Positions 40,005 to 49,542 of a stretch of 64,000 nt of DNA are shown piece by piece. Origin of the DNA: Collinsella sp. (lineage in GTDB: Bacteria; Actinomycetota; Coriobacteriia; Coriobacteriales; Coriobacteriaceae). The position numbers were made by a program, and so were the translations under genes. Within the stretch, counting starts at the first letter, position 1; each line of letters opens with the position of its first letter. Location of the stretch: the NCBI GenBank assembly GCA_034088265.1, contig JAXDWR010000078.1, positions 39,335 to 103,334 of the forward strand, written 5' to 3'. Under the pieces are notes generated by a model. The model ran no database searches. It worked only from the letters and a program-made list of their open reading frames with translations, and was not told the origin of the DNA.

Positions 40005-42686
40005 TCACTCCGGGCGATCGCTGGTCTGTATCTCGAGCTGGATCAAGTCGTAGAGGTAGTTGATCTCACTGATCGGCAGGTCGACTCCGTAGTCGCCCGT
40101 TATGTTCTCGAAACTCGCCCTGACCAGGGAGACGAACCGGGCATGCTCGCGTTCGAAGGCCTCCGAATCCGCATACTCGAGCACGTCTTTGGTAACAAGA
40201 CGTTCAACCAGGTAGCTGGTGTGAATGTAGAGGCGCATGATCGTCTTGTAGGAGAAGTGCGTGTTGATCCCCGCCTGCAGGCACTCGATGGAATGCGAGA
40301 CGGCATCCATGAGCCTTGTGGGCTCGAGCACCGTGAGATGCCCCATCAGGTTCTCCAGGGAGAAGTTCCTCACCAGGCCCTTCTTGAGCTCGTTCATTTG
40401 GCGTGTCGAGAGATAACCCTCGAGATTGAATGACACCTCGGTGTCGGGCGTAAGCCCGACGATGTCCTCGAGGGAGACGAAACGGACGCCCTCGACATGG
40501 GGATCGCTCGCACCGAAGATGAAGAGGACGTTCCTATCGGCCAGCTCGGACGGAAGGCTCTTGGCATCGAGGATCTCGAAGTAATCGCAGGTGACTATAT
40601 CGACATCGATGGAGCGGGGAAGGCTCTTCACGAACAGCTCGGCGATGCGCGCGGCGGCAGGGACGCCGTTCTCCGAAGTGAAGACGATGCAGTCGCGCAG
40701 CACGCGATTCTTGTTGATGCTGTAGGAGGTGCGTGCGGTTCTCTGGACCCGCTCGAGCACATCGGACAGGGAGAGCCTCTGCAACATGGCCGCCCCCGCC
40801 TCGAGCGCAGAGGCCGTGGACACGTTGTTGATCACCCCGATATCCGTGTTGAACGAGAGGTTCAGCCTCTCCCCTATGACCTCAAGGCTCCCCATGTCAA
40901 CCATGATGAGCAAGTCCGAGTTCACGGCGCTGCGCGAGAAGTGCTTTTGCAACGCCTCGACAACCTGCTCGGTTGGGACCTCGAGAGGCATGTCGACGGC
41001 ATCGAAGACATGGTTCCCCAGCATCGTGTTGACAGAATCCGCGATGCTCGAAGCCGTGGAATAGCCATGCGCCACGATGACTCCCCGGCAACTCGTGACC
41101 CGCTCCCCCGCGTACCAATGCAGATAGAACGAGAGCGTGACGATGGCGCCCTCGTCCATCTTCCATCCAAAGCAGTCGCGCAGGCTTCTCCCCAGAAGGC
41201 TGACGATCTCGAGCTGCTCTCCATACTGCTGACGAACGAGCACCATGCAGGTTGAAAGCAGGCTCCTGTTGGATTCGGACCACTCCGCCACCGCCCCGCG
41301 ATTCGAGCGCGAGAACGAGAGGCAGTTGATCAGATGATTGGTGAAGTTAACGGGCTCGTTCATCCCGCAACGCTCAAAGGCATGCCGCACGATCTCGGCT
41401 GCAGCGACCTCGGAAGCCCGCGTGGAGAAACTGGGTTCCTGGTGATGCGCGATATATTCAAAATACTTGGAGAGAAGGCCTTGGGAGCGCGCATCCCTGT
41501 TGAAGGAATCCGTCGCAACCCCTTGGGAGAGGGACTCGAGGAAATCAGCGAGAAGCGACAACGCCTCTCGACTGCTTGCGAACGGATCATATAGATCAAC
41601 ATCCACGAAGACGGGATCGGATCCAAACTCATAAGAGCCATCGAAGGCCTCGGATCCAGCTGCAGGCACGTGGGAGGAGTAGACCAGCAGCGCGCTCGAA
41701 GCATCCCTAACGTTCTCTGCCATAGCGTTGGCGCAGGTGAGCCGCACAGCGCCATTGAGACCATGGAGGTTGTCGGGATAAGAGCGCTCTGAGAGACGAC
41801 GGGCGACCGAAGAGCTGATCTTGACCTCTCGCCCGATCCTTCGGGCCTCCTTTTGGAAAGCGCGATACACATAGGCCTCACGCTCCCCCGGCTCCCGTTC
41901 CGCGAAATCCGGCACGAAACAGATGAGCGGAACTTGGGCGAGCACGGACCGCTCCGCCACATCCTTGGCCGATCCCACGTATTCGAAGAAAAGGCGGGAA
42001 TGGCATCCGACATCGCGCCCGTCGAAATATGACAAGGCTTGCGACCAGCCTGCATCGGAGAGCGCTTGGCTGTTCACGATCCATACGAGCTTGCGCGCAC
42101 CCGCCTTCAAAGCCCCCGTCTCTCCATCGAACAGGAAACGAAGGAGCTCGGATTCAGATAGGGCCGCTGCATCGACGACCTCCGCATCAGCCTCACTCGG
42201 AATGATCCCCTCGGAAAGGCACCAACGTGAAGTCGCCTCGCGGAGCATCGTCTTGCCTGATCCCATGGAGCCGACCAACAGCAAGGGCAATCCCTTGGGG
42301 GGATAGCATGCTGCGGCGCGGATGCGCTCGACGACTCCCTTGCACGAGCCGTTGGCCCCGATCAGGTCCTCGAAGTTGTATCTGCGCATACGGAGCTTAT
42401 CGACGTACGAGACAAGCTCCTCGTTGCTTAGGAAGACCGTCTCGACGAGGCGGATCGAGTAGCGCTCCTCGATGGCCTTCTTGCTGTAGAACAGGGCGGG
42501 CCTTGCGGACACCTTCACCAACTCGCCCTCGGTGTGGAGGGCGTTCATGTATTGACTCGCAAGGGACCTGCTTATATGCAGTTCCTCGCTCACGCAGCTG
42601 GCTTGGAAGAATGCCGTTTCCCGCAGGCCGTACTCAGCGGTCGCCCGCTCAAGCCAATCCAGGACTCCTTCTTTGCTGCTTATCAT
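40005..42686 (-). CDS. LevR/ManR-type PRD-containing transcriptional activator with degenerate AAA+ domain
   Basis: N-terminal HTH (ISRSLASQYMN), LIG.NGS...YPP.GLP.L.G.MGSGKT, EIIA-like AHGYSTASSIA...DMP, and PRD LYIH...ER. Confidence 0.85.
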   Translation of the reverse strand: MISSKEGVLDWLERATAEYGLRETAFFQASCVSEELHISRSLASQYMNALHTEGELVKVSARPALFYSKKAIEERYSIRLVETVFLSNEELVSYVDKLRMRRYNFEDLIGANGSCKGVVERIRAAACYPPKGLPLLLVGSMGSGKTMLREATSRWCLSEGIIPSEADAEVVDAAALSESELLRFLFDGETGALKAGARKLVWIVNSQALSDAGWSQALSYFDGRDVGCHSRLFFEYVGSAKDVAERSVLAQVPLICFVPDFAEREPGEREAYVYRAFQKEARRIGREVKISSSVARRLSERSYPDNLHGLNGAVRLTCANAMAENVRDASSALLVYSSHVPAAGSEAFDGSYEFGSDPVFVDVDLYDPFASSREALSLLADFLESLSQGVATDSFNRDARSQGLLSKYFEYIAHHQEPSFSTRASEVAAAEIVRHAFERCGMNEPVNFTNHLINCLSFSRSNRGAVAEWSESNRSLLSTCMVLVRQQYGEQLEIVSLLGRSLRDCFGWKMDEGAIVTLSFYLHWYAGERVTSCRGVIVAHGYSTASSIADSVNTMLGNHVFDAVDMPLEVPTEQVVEALQKHFSRSAVNSDLLIMVDMGSLEVIGERLNLSFNTDIGVINNVSTASALEAGAAMLQRLSLSDVLERVQRTARTSYSINKNRVLRDCIVFTSENGVPAAARIAELFVKSLPRSIDVDIVTCDYFEILDAKSLPSELADRNVLFIFGASDPHVEGVRFVSLEDIVGLTPDTEVSFNLEGYLSTRQMNELKKGLVRNFSLENLMGHLTVLEPTRLMDAVSHSIECLQAGINTHFSYKTIMRLYIHTSYLVERLVTKDVLEYADSEAFEREHARFVSLVRASFENITGDYGVDLPISEINYLYDLIQLEIQTSDRPE

Positions 42687-42854
42687 GCACTCCTCCTTTC
42701 CGCATGCAACACTCTCAACTAAAAGGTGCATGCCGTCAGAACTGTCGAAATACTTCGTCAGATGTCTCGCTCAACAAGCGAGGCGCCCGATTGATACGAT
42801 CCTTCTATGCCTTATGTCGAAAGAAGACCCCGTAAGTGGTGAAGGCGAACAGCT

Positions 42855-43019
42855 TCATCGCGGCCCACCCCACCCAGGCCCGCCCGCGCTGACGCGGCAA
42901 CAAAAAAGGGCCGGAGCTCGATGCTCCGGCCCTCTTCGGGACGAACGGGAGGCCCTACTCCAAGCGGAGCCCGACTTCCTTGAGCTGGCGCGCGGAGACC
43001 GCTCCGGGGGCGTCGCTCA
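42855..43019. repeat. 165-bp direct repeat, right copy (native aspS 3' end + terminator + copy of the clcF 3' end)
   Basis: Matches 34005-34169 at 163/165 positions. Confidence 0.97.
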
Positions 43020-44727
43020 TGAGGTCGCTGCCGCTTGAGGTCTTGGGGAAGGCCATGACCTCGCGGATGGAGTCGCAGCCGGCCAGCAGCATGCACACGC
43101 GGTCGAGACCGAGCGCGAAGCCGCCCATGGGGGGCGCGCCGAACTCGAGGGCGTCCATGAGGAAGCCGAACTGCTCGCGGGCGCCCTCGATGGTGAACCC
43201 GAGCATCTCGAGCATGGCGAGCTGCATCTCGGCGTTGTGGATGCGCATGCCGCCGCCGCCCGCCTCGTAGCCGTCCATGACGAAGTCGTAGGTGCAGGAG
43301 CCGGCGGCCAGCGGATCGGCCTTGATGGCCTCGAGGTCGTCGGTGTCCGGCAGGGTGAAGGGCTGGTGCTCGGCCTCGTAGGCGCCGCGCTCCTCGTCCC
43401 AGTGGAAGAGCGGGAAGTTGACGACCCACAGGAAGTCGTGGCCCTCGCGGGGGACGTCGAGGGCGTCGGCCATGTGGCTGCGCATGCCGCCCAGGATCTC
43501 GTCGGCGGTCTTGCGGTCCGCGACGGCGAACATCACGAGGTCGCCGGGCTCCACGTCCATCTCGGCGCGGAGGGCGGCCATCTCGTCGTCGGTGAAGAAT
43601 TTGACGATGGGGCTGTTGATGGATCCGTCCTCGCGGAAGGCGATCCAAGCGAGGCCCTTGGCGCCGAACTCGGCGGCCACGCCAGCGAGCTTGTCGATCT
43701 GGGCGCGGGGCCATGTGCCGGCGCCCTTGGCGTTGAGCGCCTTGACATACTGGCCCTCGGTGGTGGCGGCGCTCGCGAAGAGCTTGAACTTGGACTCGGT
43801 GAAGATGCCCGTCACGTCGTGGAGCTCCATGCCGTAGCGGGTGTCGGGCTTGTCGGTGCCATAGGTGTCCATGGCGTCCCAGTACTGCATGCGGCGCAGC
43901 GGCGTGGGCATGTCGACGCCCATCTTGGCGAAGGCGTCGTGGAGCACGTCCTCGAGCGCTCCCATGACATCGTCCTGCTCGACGAAGCTCATCTCGATGT
44001 CGACCTGCGTGAACTCGGGCTGGCGGTCGGCGCGGAGGTCCTCGTCACGGAAGCACTTGGCCACCTGGTAGTAGCGCTCGACGCCGCCCACCATGAGGAG
44101 CTGCTTGAGGAGCTGCGGGGACTGGGGAAGCGCGTAGAAGTGCCCCGGCTGGATGCGGCTGGGGACCAGGAAGTCGCGGGCGCCCTCGGGCGTGGACTTG
44201 AAGAGCGCCGGCGTCTCGACCTCCATGAAGGCGCGGCGATGGAGCGCCTCGCGGATCGCGAAGGTGAAGTCGGAGCGCATCTGGAGGTTGGCCATCATCT
44301 TGGGACGGCGGATGTCGAGGTAGCGGTAGCGAAGGCGGATGTCCTCGCCGGACTCGATGTGGTCCTCGATCTGGAAGGGCGGGGTCTTGGAGGTGTTGAG
44401 GACCTCGATGTGCGAGATGAGCACCTCGATCTCGCCGGTGGCGAGCTTGGGGTTGGACTGTCCCTCGGGGCGCTCGCGGACCACGCCGGTGACCTTGATG
44501 GGCCACTCGGAGCGGATCGTCTCGGCGGTGTGGAAGGCGGTGCCGCCGGAGTGCTCGGGATCGAAGGAGACCTGGGTCACGCCCTCGCGGTCGCGAAGGT
44601 CGACGAAGATCAGGCCGCCGTGGTCGCGGCGACGCCACACCCAACCGGTGAGGGTGACTTCTTGGCCGATGTGCTCGAGGCGCAGCTCGTTGCAGGTATG
44701 CGTGTGCATGGAACGGGTTTCTGTCAC
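42955..44727 (-). CDS. aspS: Aspartate--tRNA ligase (probably non-discriminating Asp/Asn type)
   Basis: RRDHGG, RYRYLD, STPEGARDFLVPSR, LPQSPQ, CFRDEDLRADRQPEF and GLDR motifs. AGGAGG RBS before GTG. Confidence 0.97.
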   Translation of the reverse strand: MTETRSMHTHTCNELRLEHIGQEVTLTGWVWRRRDHGGLIFVDLRDREGVTQVSFDPEHSGGTAFHTAETIRSEWPIKVTGVVRERPEGQSNPKLATGEIEVLISHIEVLNTSKTPPFQIEDHIESGEDIRLRYRYLDIRRPKMMANLQMRSDFTFAIREALHRRAFMEVETPALFKSTPEGARDFLVPSRIQPGHFYALPQSPQLLKQLLMVGGVERYYQVAKCFRDEDLRADRQPEFTQVDIEMSFVEQDDVMGALEDVLHDAFAKMGVDMPTPLRRMQYWDAMDTYGTDKPDTRYGMELHDVTGIFTESKFKLFASAATTEGQYVKALNAKGAGTWPRAQIDKLAGVAAEFGAKGLAWIAFREDGSINSPIVKFFTDDEMAALRAEMDVEPGDLVMFAVADRKTADEILGGMRSHMADALDVPREGHDFLWVVNFPLFHWDEERGAYEAEHQPFTLPDTDDLEAIKADPLAAGSCTYDFVMDGYEAGGGGMRIHNAEMQLAMLEMLGFTIEGAREQFGFLMDALEFGAPPMGGFALGLDRVCMLLAGCDSIREVMAFPKTSSGSDLMSDAPGAVSARQLKEVGLRLE

Positions 44728-44861
44728 GAAAACCTCCTCATCCGCGTCGCCCCGTGTCGTTCGGGCGACTTCCTATACAGATGGCCCCGCCTGCGTAGAC
44801 CGCGCAGCGGGACACGTTCGTGCGCCGGCATATGGAGCCCGGGCGCGGTGAGACAACAGGA

Positions 44862-44889
44862 TAGCCCATGCGAGGGCTCGCATGGGCTA
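44862..44889 (-). terminator. Perfect hairpin, likely ppc terminator
   Basis: TAGCCCATGCGAG-GG-CTCGCATGGGCTA. Confidence 0.6.
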
Positions 44890-44976
44890 CAAGATGGCGG
44901 ACTCACACCCTCGTAACAGGCATGTGATATTTCCGGGGTCCGGGGCGCATGGGCGCCCGAGAACGAGAGGGACCCA

Positions 44977-47793
44977 TCACCCCGTGTTCTGAAGGCCCGC
45001 GGAGACGCCGGTCACGGTCGCCAGGATCAGGCTCATGTACTCGGCCTTGGCCTCCTCGGAGAGCTCGTCCTGGTGCATGCGCACCTCGCGGAGGGCGCGG
45101 ACCTGCGCGAGCGAGAGCGCGTCGACGAAGGGGTTGCGCACGCGGACGGCGCGACCCAGGACGCGGCGCTTCTCGAGCGGCCACTCGTTGCCCGTGATGG
45201 CGAGCGTCCACTTGCGCGTGAGCTGCATCTCCTCGAACACCTTGGCCGCGAGGTCATCGCGGTCGCCCAGGGCCAGGTACATCTTGGCGATACGGCCATC
45301 GGTCTTGGCGATGGACATCTCGATGTTGTCTATGAAGGTGCTGAACAGCGGCCACTCGGCATAGGCGCGGCGCAGGAGCTCAAGATCGCCCAGATCCTCG
45401 CAGGCGGAGCCCAGGCCGTACCAGGCGGCCAGGTTGATGCGCGCCTGGCTCCAGCTGAAGACCCAGGGAATGGTGCGTAGGTCGTCAAGCGACTTGGCGC
45501 CCAGGCCGCGCTTGGCGGGACGGCTGCCAATGGGCAGGAGGCCCACCTCGGTGAGCGGCGTGACGGTGGAGAACCAGGGCGTGAAATCGGGCGTGTTCAG
45601 AAGATCGAGATAGCGCTCGTGCGAGACCTCGTTCAGGCGCTCGGCCATATAGGCGAACTCAGCGGTCGTTCGGGTGTTGACGCGCTCCACCGAGGGCGCG
45701 GAGTTGAGCAGCGTGGCCGCCGCGACGCTCTCGACATGGCGCTGGGCCAGGGCCGGGTTGCCGTAGCGCGCGAAGATGACCTCGCCCTGCTCGGTGAGCT
45801 TGAAGCAGCAGTTGACCGAACCCTTGGGCTGGGCCAGGACGGCGCGGTTGGCGGGGCCGCCGCCGCGGCCCACGGCGCCACCGCGGCCATGCATGAGGAC
45901 GAGGTCGATGTTGTTGCGAGCGGCCCACTCGGCGATGCGCTCCTGGGCGGAATGCAGGGCGAGCGTGGCGGTAGTGGGGCCGGCGTCCTTGGAGGAGTCG
46001 GAGTAGCCGAGCATGACCTCCATCTTACGGTTGGTCTGCGCCAGGCGCTGCTGGACCGCGGGGATCTTGAGCATGTCATCGAGCACGTCGACGCAGCCCT
46101 CCAGGTCCTCGAGCTGCTCGAAGAGCGGGATGACATCGATGGCGGGGACGTCCTCGGGATGCGCGTAGGCGAGCTGCGCGAGCTCGTAGACGTCGGCCAC
46201 GTTCTGAGCGCTCTTGGTGAACGAGATGATGTAGCGGCGTGCGGCGCGCATGCCGTAGCGCTTCTGGATGCTGCCGAGCGCTCGGAAGGTGTCGAGAACC
46301 TCGCGGGTCATGGGGGCGAGCTCGCCGCGCTCGCCGTGGATGCCATGCTCGCGGATATCGGCGAGAGCGCGCTCATGGACCACGGAGTGCTGGCGAAACT
46401 CCGTCTCGACCATGTGGAAGCCGAAGGTCTCGGCCTGCCAGATGATGGTCTGCACCGGGCCGTAGGCGGCGCGGGCGGCACCGGATTCGGCGAGTGAGCG
46501 CTGGACCACGCGCAGGTCGGCGATGAAGTCCTCCACGCGATGGTACATGGTGTCGGCGTTGCGGCCCACCGTCGCGTCCAGGCGCGAGGCCATCACGAGC
46601 ATGACGGCGCGATGCGGCTCGCAGCGCGAGATGCTCTCGGCGCGGCTCGTGAGGATCTCGCTCATCTCGACCTGATGGTTCCACAGGTTGAGGAGCTCGT
46701 CGGTGGGCTTGGTGTAGCGGGCCTCGAGCGTGAGGTTGCGGGCGATGCGCCGGCACTTGTTGGCGAGTGCTCCCACCATGTGGCGCGCGAACTTGGCGGC
46801 CACCTGACGGCTGACCTTGGCGGTGACGTTGGGGTTGCCGTCGCGGTCGGTGCCGATCCAGCTGCCGGGGTGGAAGAAAGCGGGGCACACCGGCGGGACG
46901 GTGCCGGCGCGGTCGCCTAGGACCCAGTCGTCGAAGCGACGGTAGACCATGGGGATGGTGTCGAAGAGCGTGTTGTCGAAGATGTCGATGATGGTGTCGG
47001 CTTCCTCGACGGGCGTGGGCTTCTTGGGCGCCACGGGGCTCGTGCGGACGAGCGCGTCGATCTCCTGGAGCAGATGGCGCTCGTTCTCCATAAGGTCGGA
47101 CCCGCCCAGGCGGGAGCGCTCGGCCAGCAGGCGCGAGATGCGGCGGATCTTGCCCTCGACCGCCTTGCGGCGAGCCTCGGTGGGGTGCGCGGTGAAGACG
47201 GGATGGAACTCAAGGCGGTTAAGGAGCTCGTTGGCGCGGCCGACGCCCACCTCGTCGATGAGCTGGCGATAGGCCACGGTGAGCTCGTTTGCTGGGTCGA
47301 TCGGCGAATCGACGGAGACCTGGCTCTCGCGCTTGCGCAGGGTCTCCACGCGATAGTTCTCCTCGGAGAGGTTGGCCAGGTGGAAGAAGGTCGTGAAGGC
47401 GCGAACGATCACCTGGGAGCGATCGAGCGGCAGGGAGTCGATGAGCTCGATGGCCTCGCGGAAGGCCACGGCCGTCTCGCTCTGGGTGGAGGGCACGCCC
47501 TCGTCGTCGGTGGGGTCTCCAGCCGCCTCGGCACCTGGATCGCCGCCGTTCGCGGCGATGACGCTCGCCAGGAGCCTGTCGAAGATGGCGCAGATCTCCT
47601 CGTCGTACTCGCGGAGCACCTTGCGCTCCAGTCGGACGAACAGGGCGAGGTGGTCGCGAAGCTGCCCGGGGATGTTGATCTCGGAGAGCGCCTCTATGGC
47701 AGCGCGGGCCTCGTCGATGTCGATGCGCCGCACGCGGATGGCCCCCTCCGGAGCGGAGGATGACTGCTGCTGGATATCCGTAACCTCTGTCAC
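44977..47793 (-). CDS. ppc: Phosphoenolpyruvate carboxylase
   Basis: VFTAHPTE, GSWIGTDRDGNP, EVMLGYSDSSKD, HGRGGAVGRGGG, LRTIPW and C-terminal LQNTG. Confidence 0.97.
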   Translation of the reverse strand: MTEVTDIQQQSSSAPEGAIRVRRIDIDEARAAIEALSEINIPGQLRDHLALFVRLERKVLREYDEEICAIFDRLLASVIAANGGDPGAEAAGDPTDDEGVPSTQSETAVAFREAIELIDSLPLDRSQVIVRAFTTFFHLANLSEENYRVETLRKRESQVSVDSPIDPANELTVAYRQLIDEVGVGRANELLNRLEFHPVFTAHPTEARRKAVEGKIRRISRLLAERSRLGGSDLMENERHLLQEIDALVRTSPVAPKKPTPVEEADTIIDIFDNTLFDTIPMVYRRFDDWVLGDRAGTVPPVCPAFFHPGSWIGTDRDGNPNVTAKVSRQVAAKFARHMVGALANKCRRIARNLTLEARYTKPTDELLNLWNHQVEMSEILTSRAESISRCEPHRAVMLVMASRLDATVGRNADTMYHRVEDFIADLRVVQRSLAESGAARAAYGPVQTIIWQAETFGFHMVETEFRQHSVVHERALADIREHGIHGERGELAPMTREVLDTFRALGSIQKRYGMRAARRYIISFTKSAQNVADVYELAQLAYAHPEDVPAIDVIPLFEQLEDLEGCVDVLDDMLKIPAVQQRLAQTNRKMEVMLGYSDSSKDAGPTTATLALHSAQERIAEWAARNNIDLVLMHGRGGAVGRGGGPANRAVLAQPKGSVNCCFKLTEQGEVIFARYGNPALAQRHVESVAAATLLNSAPSVERVNTRTTAEFAYMAERLNEVSHERYLDLLNTPDFTPWFSTVTPLTEVGLLPIGSRPAKRGLGAKSLDDLRTIPWVFSWSQARINLAAWYGLGSACEDLGDLELLRRAYAEWPLFSTFIDNIEMSIAKTDGRIAKMYLALGDRDDLAAKVFEEMQLTRKWTLAITGNEWPLEKRRVLGRAVRVRNPFVDALSLAQVRALREVRMHQDELSEEAKAEYMSLILATVTGVSAGLQNTG

Positions 47794-47979
47794 GACATGT
47801 CCTTTCGGATCGAGGGCGTGAACCTTAGCCGCGAACCATTATAGGCACGCAGTGCACGTGCGCAGGGAGCGCTCCACTTAGCAGAAGCATTCTCCAACGT
47901 TTCAATAAACTCGGCGGGCACCCGATCGCACTCGGCGAACGGGCACCCGTCGACTCCAACCCCTTGCTCGGGACGGGGA

Positions 47980-49296
47980 TCACCCCAGGCGCGAGGCGAC
48001 CTCGTCCGCGATCGAGGTGCGGGGGACAAGGGCCTCCTCGCCCGTGGACATGTCGCGAAGGCGCAGGTTGCCCGCCGCGAGCTCGTCACCACCGACGACG
48101 ACCACCAGGCGAGCACCGAGCTTGTCGGCCTGCTTGAACTGCCCCTTGAGGGAGCGGCCCTGGTAGTCGGCCTCGGTGCGGACGCCCTGGGCGCGCAGTT
48201 CGCGCGTGATGCCGAAGACCTCGCCGCGCATGTCGGCACCGGTGCCGGCCACGTAAACGCAGGCCGGCGCGTCGAGGGGGATCTCGGCGCCGAAGGCCTC
48301 GAGGGCGAGCATGGCGCGCTCAAAGCCCACGGCGAAGCCGACGCCCGGGGTGGGCTTGCCGCCCTCGAGTTCGACGAGGCCGTCGTAGCGACCGCCGCCG
48401 CCGATGGAGCCGACCCCCGCGCCGGGGGCCTCCACCTCGAAGACGGTGCGGGTGTAGTAGTCGAGGCCGCGCACGAGCGTGGGATCCTCGACATAGGCGA
48501 TGCCCGCCTCGTCGAGGTAGCGCTTCACCTGCTCGTAGTGGGCGGCGCAGTCGTCGCAGAGGCAATCGCGCATGAGGGGCGCCGCGGCCATGACCTCGTG
48601 GCAGTGCTCGTTCTTGCAGTCAAAGGCGCGCAGGGGGTTGAGCTCGGCGCGCTCGCGGCACTCGGCGCACATCTCGTCGGCGTGGTCGAGGATGAAGTCG
48701 CGCACCTGGTCGCGATAGGCCGGACGGCAGGCGGGATCCCCCATGGAGTTGATGAGCAGGCGCAGGCGCGAGAGGTCGAAGCCCAGGCGCTTGTAGAACT
48801 CCATGAGCATGATGATGCACTCGGCGTCGGCGGCGGGGTCGGGGGCGCCCAGCCACTCGATGCCCACCTGGTGGAACTGGCGCAGGCGGCCCTTCTGCGG
48901 ACGCTCGCCGCGGAACATGGCCTCGGCGTACCAGGCCTTGAAGGGCGCGGAGCCCTGCGGGACCAGGTTGCCCTCCACCACGGCGCGCACCACGCCGGCG
49001 GTTCCCTCGGGGCGCAGGGCCAGGCGCTGCTTGGCCTTGAGCTTGGCGTCGGTGCCCTCTTGGAGGACGCGCTCGAAGTTGGCGCCGGAGAACACGCGGA
49101 ACATCTCCTTGCGGACCACGTCGGTGGACTGGCCGATGCCGTGGACGAAGACGTCGAGCTGCTCGATGGCGGGCGTCTCGATGGCGTCGAACCCGTAGGG
49201 CCCGAAGACCTCGGCGGCGATGTCCTGCATGCGCTGCCACGCGCGCATATCGCGCCCGATGAGATCGCGGGTGCCCTCGGCCTTCTGTGCTTGCAT
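47980..49296 (-). CDS. hisS: Histidine--tRNA ligase
   Basis: LRPEGTA, FRGERPQKGRLRQFHQ, LVRGLDYY, GGGRYD and GFER motifs. TATAAT -10 box at 49354-49359. Confidence 0.97.
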   Translation of the reverse strand: MQAQKAEGTRDLIGRDMRAWQRMQDIAAEVFGPYGFDAIETPAIEQLDVFVHGIGQSTDVVRKEMFRVFSGANFERVLQEGTDAKLKAKQRLALRPEGTAGVVRAVVEGNLVPQGSAPFKAWYAEAMFRGERPQKGRLRQFHQVGIEWLGAPDPAADAECIIMLMEFYKRLGFDLSRLRLLINSMGDPACRPAYRDQVRDFILDHADEMCAECRERAELNPLRAFDCKNEHCHEVMAAAPLMRDCLCDDCAAHYEQVKRYLDEAGIAYVEDPTLVRGLDYYTRTVFEVEAPGAGVGSIGGGGRYDGLVELEGGKPTPGVGFAVGFERAMLALEAFGAEIPLDAPACVYVAGTGADMRGEVFGITRELRAQGVRTEADYQGRSLKGQFKQADKLGARLVVVVGGDELAAGNLRLRDMSTGEEALVPRTSIADEVASRLG

Positions 49297-49542
49297 GCGC
49301 GTTCCTTTCTATCTGGGATGCCGGAGGCCCCGGCAAAAAGTTCGCAAGGCCCCATTATAGGGTGCCGCGCCAGCGACGGGGGGCATCGTCGCAGATGTTT
49401 CATGCCGAAGACGGGAGCGGATGCCGCTTGCACCTTCCACGCATGCGGCGCGAGGGGCGTCGTTCGCGCGAGCAACGTGGCGCTCAATCATCCCGACGCC
49501 ATCGAGAATCGGCATCTCGGTCAACCCGTCATTCAAAGATCC

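Larger units (their letters stand above)
34005..43019. mobile_element. Direct-repeat-flanked carbohydrate utilisation (PTS) island without its own integrase
   Basis: 165-bp direct repeats with 8850-bp offset. The interior is visibly less GC-rich than the flanks and holds nine co-oriented genes. Confidence 0.75.

Noticed and set aside
42715-42740. Possible sigma54 promoter (CGGCATG-N4-TTTT on the minus strand) upstream of the PRD activator
   Set aside because: The essential -12 GC is missing, so the match is too weak.
44730-44970. Possible T-box or other leader RNA upstream of aspS (and upstream of hisS)
   Set aside because: No T-box UGGNACC antiterminator or specifier stem seen. The hairpins are explained as the ppc terminator, and -10 boxes lie close to the start codons.
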